A stretch of 40,479 nucleotides of DNA from Nemertoderma westbladi (GCA_032718475.1 JAUCBJ010000730.1:1-40479); one strand, 5' to 3'; numbered from the stretch's first letter, positions 12,086 through 26,047 are shown. Numbers and translations are program-made. Notes: a model not told the origin generated them from the letters alone.

Positions 12086-12618
12086 TGTGGGGCGAGCCAC
12101 GAAGTTGGCGGAGCCTTAGCGAATTGACACTGTTAGGGGGTGGGTCAATTTATGCAAATAGTTGTCGTCGTCGTCGTCGTCGTTGTCGTCGTCGTCGTCG
12201 TCGTTACGATTTTGACATGCTAATAACTTTGTCGGATTTAAAGCTGCCAAGTTGAAAATTTGTAGGTATCAATATGAGCAAAAGTTGAGATTTTTGAGAG
12301 ACTTTCAGACACCATCAGTGCAATGGTCTCCCGCTAGAGGGCCACATGTCTAAACATTAAATGCCCTCCCATTTCTTTGCTTTTTTTAATCCGTTTAAGC
12401 TGAAACTTGGCAGATATGTATTAGACCATATTAGCTGTGACTTTCAAAGGAGGCGAATCCATCTGCAGTTCTCCAGTCTGCCGCTAGAGGGCCAAAGGTC
12501 TGAAAGTGAAATCGTGACAACGACGACAACTATTTGCATAAATTGACCCACCCCCTAACAGTGTCAATTCGCTAAGGCTCCGCCAACTTCGTGCTGCGCG
12601 AAGGCCCCACTTCGTGTT
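12086..12618 (+). mobile_element. Short non-autonomous Helentron/DINE-1-like element, copy 2
   Basis: Reverse complement of 5345-5790 with an additional ~85 bp internal segment (~12420-12510). (GTC)n microsatellite, T-flanked ends, no TSD. Confidence 0.75.
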
Positions 12619-13164
12619 TACTATGTAGACTTTGTTCAACCTAAACAACTTAAGTCAGATTAACAATATTATTCTGTAAAATTTCTAAGCAATGAGTGGT
12701 ATGAATAAAGCTGATCTTCGAACTATGGTTCTGTAATTAAATTTTATTACTTCAACATTTATAGGGATTTACCAGTGAAAGAAACCTAGAATCCATTATC
12801 ACAATGTAACAGTATCAATAACCATATCTATTCTATGTAGATCATAAGGGAGACATCCTTGATTCATATATTATAATTTCCGAGCTGAAATGTTTCGGTG
12901 ACTATAACTTTCAGACTTCGTATTATGTACAAACGACTGAGTAGTATAATTTAATATTAATGGGTTACTGGTATATAGAACAAGTGTACACTGGGAGCGA
13001 AAATATATTACATAAAATTTTGAGTAATATAAAATTAACGAGTCCAGTTCGTCTCCCCTCGTGTCAACCGACCCATACCCCCATCCTTCCCCCTCCTTCC
13101 ACGCGTTTCCCTTTACCTCGTGGGCTTTCGTCAAGTATATATTCCGTGTGGGTCCACCTTGGTG

Positions 13165-13468
13165 GGAAGAAACATTTTTTAAAAACATTCAGTAAGGGCG
13201 GCGTTGAGTGAGGTGAATTTGCCGCCCCTCCAAAGGACGCAGTCTACATACTGGACGCGTAGTTACTGCGAAAACGGTGTACCCCCCCCCCCCCCCCCCC
13301 CACCATTCGACCTATTTCCTGAGGTACGATTTTCTTGATTTTTCGAGGGGGGGGGGGGGGGGGGGGCAGTAATGCCAAAAAAATAAGATTCTTCAGAGCT
13401 TTTAGCGAATCTATCGTTTTGACGGACATGACGGACAATTGTCTGGTTTTTTTGTCTTTTTTTCACTA
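13165..13468. mobile_element. Interspersed repeat copy 2, left part (split by the EnSpm insertion)
   Basis: Matches ~8172-8460 and continues at 25176. Confidence 0.8.
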
Positions 13469-13758
13469 CACTGTAAACCCGAAAGAGACATTTCACCATA
13501 AGATAGCTGCGCATCTGTCTGCTATATACTATTTAAAGTAAGATGCACGAAATTTTTATGGTGAAATATGTTTCAGGCATTGTGAATAATATAATGTAAT
13601 ATATAAAAGGAATATCACAACATTGTTATGGTGAAATCAAATACAGCGAAATACAGCTGACAGACATACATGGAATATTTGAGGTTTTTTGCCATAAAAA
13701 AGTTGTGAAAATAAAATAATACCAATTGTGGTACTCGCATCCATAAAGTATTAGACGA

Positions 13759-13790
<32 letters not shown>

Positions 13791-14068
13791 TCCATAACTC
13801 ACAAGTACATCCCATTACCCAGCCGCTCATGAATCATATCCCTCCCTCCCATCCCCTCTCTTGTGTCAAATCCCAAACATGACTAACAAGAACCACTAAC
13901 CAGATGACGCACAGGCACTCGGATCCCCCCCCCCCCCCCCCCCCCGGTCCGTGTCACACCCCAAGTTCTAGATCCCAACTCTTACACGTTGGAGTTGTTT
14001 CTAAATCAAATGATACAAGTTTTAAATTTCTATGAAATATATTTTACTCCATTTATTTTATTACACAT

Positions 14069-17000
14069 GTATGAGTACAATACAAAGCAGACACTTATGA
14101 GTACAATACAAACCCGACACTTATGAGTACAATATAAAGCCGACACTTATGAGTACAATACAAACCCGACACTTATGAGTACAATACAAACCGGACACTT
14201 ATGAGTACAATACAAACCCGACACTTATGAGTACAATACAAACCCGACACTTATGTGTACAATACAAACCCGACACTTATGAGTACAATACAAACCCGAC
14301 ACTTATGAGTACAATATAAAGCCGACACTTGAGTACAATACAAAGCTGACACTTGAGTACAATACAAAGCCGACACTTATGAGTACAAAGGCAAAACGTA
14401 TATAGAGTACAAAGGCAAAACTTATATAGAGTACAAAGGCAAAACTTATATAGAGTACAAAGGCAAAACGTATATAGAGTACAAAGGCAAAACGTATATA
14501 GAGTACAAAGGCAAAACGTATATAGAGTACAAAGGCAAAACTTATATAGAGTACAAAGCCGACACGTATATAGAGCACAAAGCCGACACGTATATAGAGC
14601 ACAAAGCCGACACTTATATGAGCACAAAGCCGACACTTATATGAGCACAAAGCCGACACTTATGAGTACAATATAAAGCCGACACTTATGAGTACAATAC
14701 AAAGCAGACACTTATGAGTACAAAGCCGACACTTAAGAGTACAATATAAAACCGACACTTATGAGTACAATACAAAGCAGACACTTATGAGTACAATACA
14801 AAGCAGACACTTATGAGTACAAAGCCGACACTTAAGAGTACAATATAAAACCGACACTTATGAGTACAATACAAAGCAGACACTTATGAGTACAATACAA
14901 AACAGACACTTATGAGTACAATACAAAGCAGACACTTATGAGTACAATACAAAACTGACACTTATGAGCACAAAGCCGACACTTATATGAGCACAAAGCC
15001 GACACTTATATGAGCACAAAGCCGACACTTATGAGTACAATATAAAGCCGACACTTATGAGTACAATACAAAGCAGACACTTATGAGTACAAAGCCGACA
15101 CTTAAGAGTACAATATAAAACCGACACTTATGAGTACAATACAAAGCAGACACTTATGAGTACAATACAAAGCAGACACTTATGAGTACAAAGCCGACAC
15201 TTAAGAGTACAATATAAAACCGACACTTATGAGTACAATACAAAGCAGACACTTATGAGTACAATACAAAACAGACACTTATGAGTACAATACAAAGCAG
15301 ACACTTATGAGTACAATACAAAACTGACACTTATGAGTACAAAGCCGACACTTATATGAGTACAATACAAAGCAGACACTTATGAGTACAAAGCCGACAC
15401 TTAAGAGTACAATATAAAACCGACACTTATGAGTACAATACAAAGCAGACACTTATGAGTACAATACAAAACCGACACTTATGAGTACAATATAAAGCCG
15501 ACACTTATGAGTACAATACAAACCCGACACTTATGAGTACAGTACAAAGCCGACACTTATGAGTACAATACAAACCCGACACTTATGAGTACAATACAAA
15601 GCCGACACTTATATGAGTACAAAGCCGACACTTATATGAGTACAAAGCCGACACTTATATGAGTACAAAGCCGACACTTATATGAGTACAAAGCCGACAC
15701 TTATATGAGTACAAAGCCGACACTTATATGAGTACAAAGCCGACACTTATATGAGTACAAAGCCGACACTTATATGAGTACAAAGCCGACACTTATATGA
15801 GTACAAAGCCGACACTTATATGAGTACAAAGCCGACACTTATATGAGCACAAAGCCGACACTTATGAGTACAATATAAAGCCGACACTTATGAGTACAAT
15901 ACAAAGCAGACACTTATGAGTACAAAGCCGACACTTAAGAGTACAATATAAAACCGACACTTATGAGTACAATACAAAGCAGACACTTATGAGTACAATA
16001 CAAAGCAGACACTTATGAGTACAAAGCCGACACTTAAGAGTACAATATAAAACCGACACTTATGAGTACAATACAAAGCAGACACTTATGAGTACAATAC
16101 AAAGCAGACACTTATGAGTACAATACAAACCCGACACTTATGAGTACAATACAAACCCGACACTTATGAGTACAATACAAACCCGACACTTATGAGTACA
16201 ATACAAACCCGACACTTATGAGTACAATATAAAGCCGACACTTATGAGTACAATACAAACCCGACACTTATGAGTACAATACAAAGCAGACACTTATGAG
16301 TACAATACAAAGCAGACACTTATGAGTACAATACAAACCCGACACTTATGAGTACAATATAAAACCGACACTTATGAGTACAATACAAACCCGACACTTA
16401 TGAGTACAATACAAACCCGACACTTATGAGTACAATACAAACCCGACACTTATGAGTACAATACAAACCCGACACTTATGAGTACAATACAAACCCGACA
16501 CTTATGAGTACAATATAAAGCCGACACTTGAGTACAATACAAACCCGACACTTATGAGTACAATATAAAGCCGACACTTGAGTACAATACAAAGCAGACA
16601 CTTATGAGTACAATACAAAGCAGACACTTGAGTACAATACAAAGCAGACACTTATGAGTACAAAGCCGACACTTAAGAGTACAATATAAAACCGACACTT
16701 ATGAGTACAATACAAAGCAGACACTTATGAGTACAATACAAAGCAGACACTTATGAGTACAATACAAACCCGACACTTATGAGTACAATACAAACCCGAC
16801 ACTTATGAGTACAATACAAACCCGACACTTATGAGTACAATACAAACCCGACACTTATGAGTACAATATAAAGCCGACACTTGAGTACAATACAAAGCTG
16901 ACACTTGAGTACAATACAAAGCCGACACTTATGAGTACAAAGGCAAAACGTATATAGAGTACAAAGGCAAAACTTATATAGAGTACAAAGGCAAAACGTA

Positions 17001-20000
17001 TATAGAGTACAAAGGCAAAACGTATATAGAGTACAAAGGCAAAACGTATATAGAGTACAAAGGCAAAACGTATATAGAGTACAAAGGCAAAACGTATATA
17101 GAGTACAAAGGCAAAACGTATATAGAGTACAAAGGCAAAACGTATATAGAGTACAAAGGCAAAACGTATATAGAGTACAACGGCAAAACGTATATAGAGT
17201 ACAAAGCCGACACTTATATGAGCACAAAGCCGACACTTATATGAGTACAAAGCCGACACTTATATGAGTACAAAGCCGACACTTATATGAGTACAAAGCC
17301 GACACTTATATGAGTACAAAGCCGACACTTATATGAGCACAAAGCCGACACTTATATGAGTACAAAGCCGACACTTATATGAGTACAAAGCCGACACTTA
17401 TATGAGTACAAAGCCGACACTTATATGAGTACAAAGCCGACACTTATATGAGTACAATATAAAACCGACACTTATGAGTACAATACAAAGCAGACACTTA
17501 TGAGTACAAAGCAGACACTTATGAGTACAAAGCCGACACTTAAGAGTACAATATAAAACCGACACTTATGAGTACAATACAAAGCAGACACTTATGAGTA
17601 CAATACAAAGCAGACACTTATGAGTACAATACAAACCCGACACTTATGAGTACAATACAAACCCGACACTTATGAGTACAATACAAACCCGACACTTATG
17701 AGTACAATACAAACCCGACACTTATGAGTACAATACAAAGCAGACACTTATGAGTACAATACAAAGCAGACACTTATGAGTACAATACAAACCCGACACT
17801 TATGAGTACAATATAAAACCGACACTTATGAGTACAATACAAACCCGACACTTATGAGTACAATACAAACCCGACACTTATGAGTACAATACAAACCCGA
17901 CACTTATGAGTACAATATAAAGCCGACACTTGAGTACAATACAAACCCGACACTTATGAGTACAATATAAAGCCGACACTTGAGTACAATACAAACCCGA
18001 CACTTATGAGTACAATACAAACCCGACACTTATGAGTACAATACAAACCCGACACTTATGAGTACAATATAAAGCCGACACTTGAGTACAATACAAACCC
18101 GACACTTATGAGTACAATATAAAGCCGACACTTGAGTACAATACAAACCCGACACTTATGAGTACAATATAAAGCCGACACTTGAGTACAATACAAACCC
18201 GACACTTATGAGTACAATACAAACCCGACACTTATGAGTACAATACAAACCCGACACTTATGAGTACAATACAAACCCGACACTTATGAGTACAATATAA
18301 ACCCGACACTTATGAGTACAATATAAAGCCGACACTTGAGTACAATACAAACCCGACACTTATGAGTACAATATAAAGCCGACACTTGAGTACAATACAA
18401 ACCCGACACTTATGAGTACAATATAAAGCCGACACTTGAGTACAATACAAACCCGACACTTATGAGTACAATACAAACCCGACACTTATGAGTACAATAC
18501 AAACCCGACACTTATGAGTACAATACAAACCCGACACTTATGAGTACAATACAAACCCGACACTTATGAGTACAATATAAAGCCGACACTTGAGTACAAT
18601 ACAAACCCGACACTTATGAGTACAATATAAAGCCGACACTTGAGTACAATACAAACCCGACACTTATGAGTACAATATAAAGCCGACACTTGAGTACAAT
18701 ACAAAGCAGACACTTATGAGTACAATACAAACCCGACACTTATGAGTACAATATAAAGCCGACACTTGAGTACAATACAAAGCAGACACTTATGAGTACA
18801 ATACAAACCCGACACTTATGAGTACAATACAAACCCGACACTTATGAGTACAATACAAACCCGACACTTATGAGTACAATATAAAGCCGACACTTGAGTA
18901 CAATACAAACCCGACACTTATGAGTACAATATAAAGCCGACACTTGAGTACAATACAAAGCAGACACTTATGAGTACAATACAAACCCGACACTTATGAG
19001 TACAATATAAAGCCGACACTTGAGTACAATACAAACCCGACACTTATGAGTACAATATAAAGCCGACACTTGAGTACAATACAAAGCAGACACTTGAGTA
19101 CAATACAAAGCAGACACTTATGAGTACAAAGCCGACACTTAAGAGTACAATATAAAACCGACACTTATGAGTACAATACAAAGCAGACACTTATGAGTAC
19201 AATACAAAGCAGACACTTATGAGTACAATACAAACCCGACACTTATGAGTACAATACAAACCCGACACTTATGAGTACAATACAAACCCGACACTTATGT
19301 GTACAATACAAACCCGACACTTATGAGTACAATACAAACCCGACACTTATGAGTACAATATAAAGCCGACACTTGAGTACAATACAAAGCTGACACTTGA
19401 GTACAATACAAAGCCGACACTTATGAGTACAAAGGCAAAACGTATATAGAGTACAAAGGCAAAACTTATATAGAGTACAAAGGCAAAACGTATATAGAGT
19501 ACAAGGCAAAACGTATATAGAGTACAAAGGCAAAACGTATATAGAGTACAAAGGCAAAACGTATATAGAGTACAAAGGCAAAACGTATATAGAGTACAAA
19601 GGCAAAACGTATATAGAGTACAAAGGCAAAACGTATATAGAGTACAAAGGCAAAACGTATATAGAGTACAAAGGCAAAACGTATATAGAGTACAAAGGCA
19701 AAACGTATATAGAGTACAAAGGCAAAACGTATATAGAGTACAAAGGCAAAACGTATATAGAGTACAAAGGCAAAACGTATATAGAGTACAAAGGCAAAAC
19801 GTATATAGAGTACAAAGGCAAAACGTATATAGAGTACAAAGGCAAAACGTATATAGAGTACAAAGGCAAAACGTATATAGAGTACAAAGGCAAAACGTAT
19901 ATAGAGTACAAAGGCAAAACGTATATAGAGTACAAGGCAAAACGTATATAGAGTACAAAGGCAAAACGTATATAGAGTACAAAGGCAAAACGTATATAGA

Positions 20001-20880
20001 GTACAAAGGCAAAACGTATATAGAGTACAAAGGCAAAACGTATATAGAGTACAAAGGCAAAACGTATATAGAGTACAAAGGCAAAACGTATATAGAGTAC
20101 AAAGGCAAAACGTATATAGAGTACAAAGGCAAAACGTATATAGAGTACAAAGGCAAAACGTATATAGAGTACAAAGGCAAAACGTATATAGAGTACAAAG
20201 GCAAAACGTATATAGAGTACAAAGGCAAAACGTATATAGAGTACAAAGGCAAAACGTATATAGAGTACAACGGCAAAACGTATATAGAGTACAAAGCCGA
20301 CACTTATATGAGCACAAAGCCGACACTTATATGAGTACAAAGCCGACACTTATATGAGTACAAAGCCGACACTTATATGAGTACAAAGCCGACACTTATA
20401 TGAGTACAAAGCCGACACTTATATGAGTACAAAGCCGACACTTATGAGTACAAAGCCGACACTTATATGAGTACAAAGCCGACACTTATATGAGTACAAA
20501 GCCGACACTTATATGAGTACAAAGCCGACACTTATATGAGTACAAAGCCGACACTTATATGAGTACAAAGCCGACACTTATATGAGTACAAAGCCGACAC
20601 TTATATGAGTACAAAGCCGACACTTATATGAGTACAAAGCCGACACTTATATGAGTACAAAGCCGACACTTATATGAGTACAAAGCCGACACTTATATGA
20701 GTACAAAGCCGACACTTATATGAGTACAAAGCCGACACTTATATGAGTACAAAGCCGACACTTATATGAGTACAAAGCCGACACTTATATGAGTACAAAG
20801 CCGACACTTATATGAGTACAAAGCCGACACTTATATGAGTACAAAGCCGACACTTATATGAGTACAAAGCCGACACTTAT
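14069..20880. repeat. 6.8 kb satellite of related 21-26 bp monomers
   Basis: Monomers GAGTACAATACAAACCCGACACTTAT (26), GAGTACAAAGCCGACACTTATAT (23) and GAGTACAAAGGCAAAACGTATATA (24), arranged in blocks. Confidence 0.97.
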
Positions 20881-20883
20881 CTT

Positions 20884-23154
20884 CTAATACGAGTATAAAT
20901 TAGAACGCAGCCGTCTACTCTTGGTATAATACGGGTTGGTACCCGTCAACAAAGAACCAATAAAATCGAATAGGGGATCGGGGTAAATAAAATTGAGTGA
21001 AAATATAAGTCCGACGGCAAAAAGAACAGCTGTATCAATTCCATGTAAGACCTTTCCTATCGTTTTCCCTTCGACAGTTAGAACACAACATTCAAACTCT
21101 TCCGGGGGACCACTATGGACCACTATCGCAATGCGAACAGTTGCACCGAGCTCTCCAGTGCGTGACTCGTCACTTTCCAAATCCCCAAATCCTGGAGTTT
21201 CGGCGTCTTCCTGTATAAACAAAATAAAAATAATGTTGTGATCAATATTGGAAAAATATAAATCAACTTGTTACACATGTGAGGAGGGGGGGGGGGGGGG
21301 GGGGGGGTGTTCGAAATAATGTCACAACAAAATTGTTAAATTATAATATATCAATTCTAAATAAATGAATAACACATAAAAATTCAAAAGTTTAGAAGTG
21401 GTGATTAAGGTCAAAAGATGGAAAAAGATCAAAAAATTTGTTTGATGGGCTAATTAAAATAAAAATTTTTCGTGACAATTCAGCTAAATTATTAATTTAT
21501 AAACGAGAATGTGTTATGGAACTGTAGCACACTGCTTTTTAATTCTACTCCACCAACCACCAAAACCTTAAACAGAAGTAAAATATTAAAAATATATTTT
21601 TTCGCAAAGCGTAACTAGCTATATATATTTATTTATTTGTAATTCCCTCTTAAGGCTAGTAGGCCTGCTGTTAGAGATAGGATATGCAAATTAAGAATGT
21701 ATTTTCAATAGAAGTGGAATAAATAGAAAGGCAAGTGCCAGGGGTAGAATCGGTTAGCACTACTGAAGCTAACGTATCGAAGTACTGGTACTTACAGGAT
21801 CCCTTATTTCTATTGATGAACCTTGGAAATATTCATTAAGGCCCATCAAAATAGAAACTCTACTCGAACAGCCCCATGCCTCAGCCCGTTTCATCTCTTT
21901 CTCAATTGCCATACGACGCGATGTCGGGGAAGTAGATTTGAATATTTTTATGAGGTTTGATGTGTGAGGTTCTAATAACTTCCAGTCTAAATCCATATTC
22001 GTTAGGAGACGGAATTCCTGACAAACCTAGAGATAAATGGTTAAAAAATTACTTTCTTTAATCCTTTTAACTAAAGCCCATTACGGAGTTGCGGTACAAC
22101 CAATAATAATATATCATATAGCCTAGCCACAACAAAATATAACTATAGGGAGTGTGAACCAGACAAATATATGTAAAATATAAATACATATCACATATGC
22201 CATGCCTGTACTAACAATGTCGAATTCCTTTAGTGCAGGCCACTTAGCGATGATGTCATTCACGGGCATGTTTGAAACTACATCCTTCCTCCTAGTAGGA
22301 AATGTTGTATGCATTTCAACTATAAGAGTTGGGCTCGGAGTTGACCCACAGACATCATCCACAGAATCTGTCTCCATAGTATTCATTTCCGATTGCATAG
22401 ATATAATTGATGTTTCTTCCATGTCTGCAGTGACATTTAGAGACTTCTCTGGGAAATAGTTTACTACTCCTCGTCTGGCTTTCTTAATATTTTTATTGGT
22501 GTTGACACCTTTCCTCTTTCCTGAATTAACCGCAACCTCTGCAGACCCATACTTAGCTAATTCACGACGGAGGTCACTCATCTTACTTTGGAGACGGATA
22601 ACCCACACTTCGATACCAGCTGTATCCAAAGGATCTTGAGATTTAAGTTGTGGGAATCGCGTTATCAATTCCTTAGCTACAAGTCGGAAGTCCATAAGTG
22701 TAGGATATGCATTAATCTCATGCATTGCCTGGACAAGTGGAGTTAGAAGCAAACCCTTCAGTTTCTTCTGAGTGACTAGATTAGCGGGGGATTCAATGTA
22801 TTTCATTCTTTGTTCTATATCAATGCCATATTGTGGCATAACGAAACTGTTAGCGAATGTTGCGGTGTTACAACGAAGAATAGGAGCTGCAGACATACTC
22901 GACCCAGGAATTGCTTGAATACCAGTACCAGAAACAGTATCTTGTCCATGAAACATACTAGAGATATCATTTTGAGCCTTCTTTACAAGATTTACTTGCC
23001 CAATTTGAAATTTGAGGGAAGATAATTCCTCAAATGGTGTCAATTGAAGAGCAACGGTCGAATTAATTCCACCTTCTTTAAATTTTTGAAGTGTTTCCTC
23101 TGTAAACGAGTACTTTGATAAAAAGGCAACCCATTCTGACTCTGCAGATGTCAT
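20884..23154 (-). CDS. SAM-domain (SAMD3-like) accessory protein of the EnSpm element; 3 exons, 498 aa
   Basis: Exons 23154-22216, 22026-21796 and 21210-20884, with phase-0 GT-AG introns, open to TAG. N-terminal SAM-like motif (FLSKYSF.EETLQKFKEGGINSTVALQL..EELSSLKFQIGQ). SAMD3-like core (YPT..DFRLVAKELITRFP.LK...W..RL..KM...RR; TFP.RR; I..KWPAL; C-terminal GLIFSLNFIYP..F.FI). Confidence 0.8.
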
Positions 23155-23440
23155 TCTAGCTCACAATGATATATATTATATTATATATACGGATGTCGTT
23201 TTGTAGTATATATATAGACTAATAATAATAATATTACAGTATTATCTGTATCTGTTATACTGTCTACAACTATCTGTTATAGAAACTTTACATATTAATA
23301 TATATATCTATATCTAATACATAAATAAATTATATACCGGTACTGTGCTTCCAGTGAAATTATATTTTAGAAATTCTCTAAATTGTTATTTAATTATACA
23401 GTTTTCATTTTATATTTCTCGTTCTAAGGTGTTCTGTTTA

Positions 23441-23760
23441 TCAGTGGCACATATATTGAAAGTAGTGACGAAAGAAAAGTGGTCTGTGCTTTAAAGGAAC
23501 ATAAACAACATTAGAATCAACACCGCTAATATAAGAAACCAAAGGCATTAAATCAAAATCTTCAGTAAATATTCCAGATTCGCAAATGCGAAATGTCTTA
23601 TATTGGACAAAGTCGGTGATAACAGAAAGATGAAGCGCTTCATCCACTTCCCAGCAAAATACCTTACAAAGAAAATCAATGGAGGTTGCAGAGGCTGGGT
23701 AAATCTTAACAATCATGCACAATTTCCTCAAAGTCTTTAAATAACGGAAGTTTGAAACTG
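23441..23760 (-). pseudogene. Probable C-terminal remnant of the EnSpm transposase
   Basis: Lies directly upstream of the SAM ORF on the same strand. The ending ...DLMPLVSY...VYVPLKH resembles C-termini of animal EnSpm transposases. No catalytic region is present in the element. Confidence 0.45.
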
Positions 23761-24934
23761 AGTACTTAATTCAGTAATTCCTCTAATTTCCACGAAATTG
23801 CATTCAGGTTGAGACTGTATGCTACTGTACCGGTACATTATGTAGGCTATGCATGTATGTATGCTGATATGCCTAGCCTATTTAACAAGTAAATTGAAGT
23901 TTAAAAACGAAAAAGACTTTCATTGCATTGTGACATCCTGACACCAGTAAATAAGACAAAACATTTTAGAAAAAACTGCAAACTAAATTAATGAATTTAA
24001 GCACAAATTTTGCAAAATCAATGTTTAAGTACCGGTATGATACAAATTTTAGAAAAAACTGCAAACTAAATCAATGAACCGGTAGGCCCTATTTAAGCAC
24101 AAATTGCAAATGTTGCAAAATATATCGATTGATGGATAAGTTAACTAACACTCTGCCTAATGCAGTAATGGCCTAATACAATAATGTAATACAATAGGCC
24201 CTAATGCAGTAGGCCTAATGTAATAACAATACAATATTGTAATAGGCCTATCAGCCTATAGCAGTATAGCTATACTGCTGTACTGGCAACTGGATAGGCT
24301 ACCTACTGCTACTACTGTCAGTCTCTGAGTCTGCAGGTCTGTCAGTGCCAGACTTGATTGATTGATTGATTGTTTTTTACACATAATTAAACCTTTTAAA
24401 ATTCACAATAATACATTTATATAGATTACGTTACGATATTAGGCCTACGGTACAAGTAATAACACTAGATATTTAGGAGCACCAATACTGATTTATGTAG
24501 ATAGTCATCTTATAAAATGTTTACTTACTTAAATAAAAGGTTCTGGTGTAAGGATAGCCTCATGAGGTATATACAGACTGTACTACAGTACATGCAGTAC
24601 TACCTACCGCCTACCGCTACCGGCTGACCGGTACATCAATGTAAATGTAATGCAGTAATGTACCGGTTGCCGGTATTCAGTATTGTACCGGTAGCCGGTA
24701 CCGGTAGGCTGTAGGTACTGACAGACTGAGCTGTTGAAAGAGTGTGGAGTGTCTGAGTGCAGAGTGCGCTGGCTGATGAAGTGATGTCAGAATATGACAA
24801 ACCAACACCAGAACACTCACACTGCACTTACTGTTACTACTAGATTACTGCAGTACCGGTACCGGTACCAGAAGCAGAGAAGTTAGCAGAAGTTACAAAG
24901 TTAAGGGGCTATGCTTAAATTTAAGGCGCTAAAG

Positions 24935-24951
24935 TCTATTGACCAATAGGA
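24935..24951. promoter_or_regulatory. CCAAT-containing palindrome near the 5' end of the EnSpm element
   Basis: ctattgaccaatag, ~230 bp inside the right TIR and upstream of the minus-strand genes. Confidence 0.3.
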
Positions 24952-25175
24952 AATTGAGTGTCTATATTGAAAAGCTAAACAACTAAGGTACAAACAGCAC
25001 GAAATTGTTATGGTAAAAATACCATATTCAATACAACATATTTGTGTGCAAAATGGCTAATTCACTAATGGTTTACATCACCATAACATTGTTATAGTAA
25101 CGATGCCATTCGTTTATGGTGAAGTTGTTTCACCATAACTAAGTTAATTCAAAAACTGCATACGGGTTTACAGTG

Positions 25176-25854
25176 TAGGACTCTTAAAAAACCTCTATTT
25201 GACGCATCCAGAGACACCGAGAATCGAAAGAGGGGGTCTAAATTAGACGTTTCCACTTCTTGGAATACCCCGCCTCCGGGCTTGTTTTCCGTCTATTGTC
25301 CGTCAAAGTTGAAAAAACGGACAAATGACTTTTCGGGATCTGTAATAACTCGGCTACTATTTATCGTACGGGATCGAAAGTAACGCGGTTACAATGATGA
25401 CGAGTGGGTCTACCTTCGTATCGAATGGGGGTAATAGATTTATTAAAATTTCGGGTGGAAAAAGGGGCCGTAAATTTGTACGTTTTTGTCCGTCTTTTTT
25501 CGAAATTTTATTTCCGAAATGTTTAATTTGACGACGCGGGTAGGATTCCACTAATTCTTTTTTGAAACTCGTAGAAGACCATTGGGGCTACGTTCCTATC
25601 GAGTGGGGGGTACAACAAATATGTCGACAATAGGGGCCAAAGAGGGCCAGAATATGAAAAATAGTTTTTATCGAATAATTTTTTATTTTTCACTTTAGTT
25701 GGTTAAGGTACATTTTATACGGTCAATATTGATACGGGGAATTCAAATATGCTATCGGTTTTGCTCCGCGGACGCTATTAAAAAAATGAGGGCCAAAAAT
25801 AAAATTTCGCCCTTCAAACTCGCTTCGCGGGAAATCATCTAGCTCGAAAACTAC
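25176..25854. mobile_element. Interspersed repeat copy 2, right part (truncated)
   Basis: Matches ~8459-9136 up to ctagctcgaaaactac and then diverges. Confidence 0.8.
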
Positions 25855-26047
25855 AGTAGTTACTACAGTAGCCTACTGACTTAGATACTTCAGTATGCTG
25901 TTCTACATCCCTTACTGCCTTACCTGCTTACCTACCGGCAGACCGGTACCGTACTATTCTTCCAACTATTACAAGTTCTGCAGTTGGTAGATTAAAAGTG
26001 GCTACCAGCAGACCGGTATCTGGGTATCGTACCAGTTTTCAGACTTT

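Larger units (their letters stand above)
13469..25175 (-). mobile_element. CACTA/EnSpm (CMC) DNA transposon, 11.7 kb, non-autonomous
   Basis: Perfect 13-bp TIRs CACTGTAAACCCG / CGGGTTTACAGTG. TA duplicated (13467-68, 25176-77). The empty site tttcac-TA-ggactc is visible in the paralogous repeat at ~8453-8466. Subterminal TCACCATAA/TTATGGTGA repeats at both ends. Confidence 0.9.

Noticed and set aside
12073-12255. Arg-rich 60-aa ORF
   Set aside because: Translation of the (GTC)n microsatellite inside the short element.
14277-20349. Long Cys/Tyr-rich ORFs (CLCTLYTF, FAFVLYIR and LYSIYVLP repeats)
   Set aside because: All three minus frames are open only because the 24-bp monomer lacks stops. 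This is a satellite artefact.
22123-22215. Hydrophobic C-terminal tail (apparent transmembrane segment) of the 343-aa ORF
   Set aside because: Intron read-through after the GTTAGT donor at 22215. The spliced product continues in the next exon.
7885-25175. Pairing the CACTG end at 7885 with the CAGTG end at 25175
   Set aside because: The 25175 end matches 13469 over 13 bp with a TSD and an empty-site paralog. The 7885 end matches only CACTG and has different subterminal repeats.
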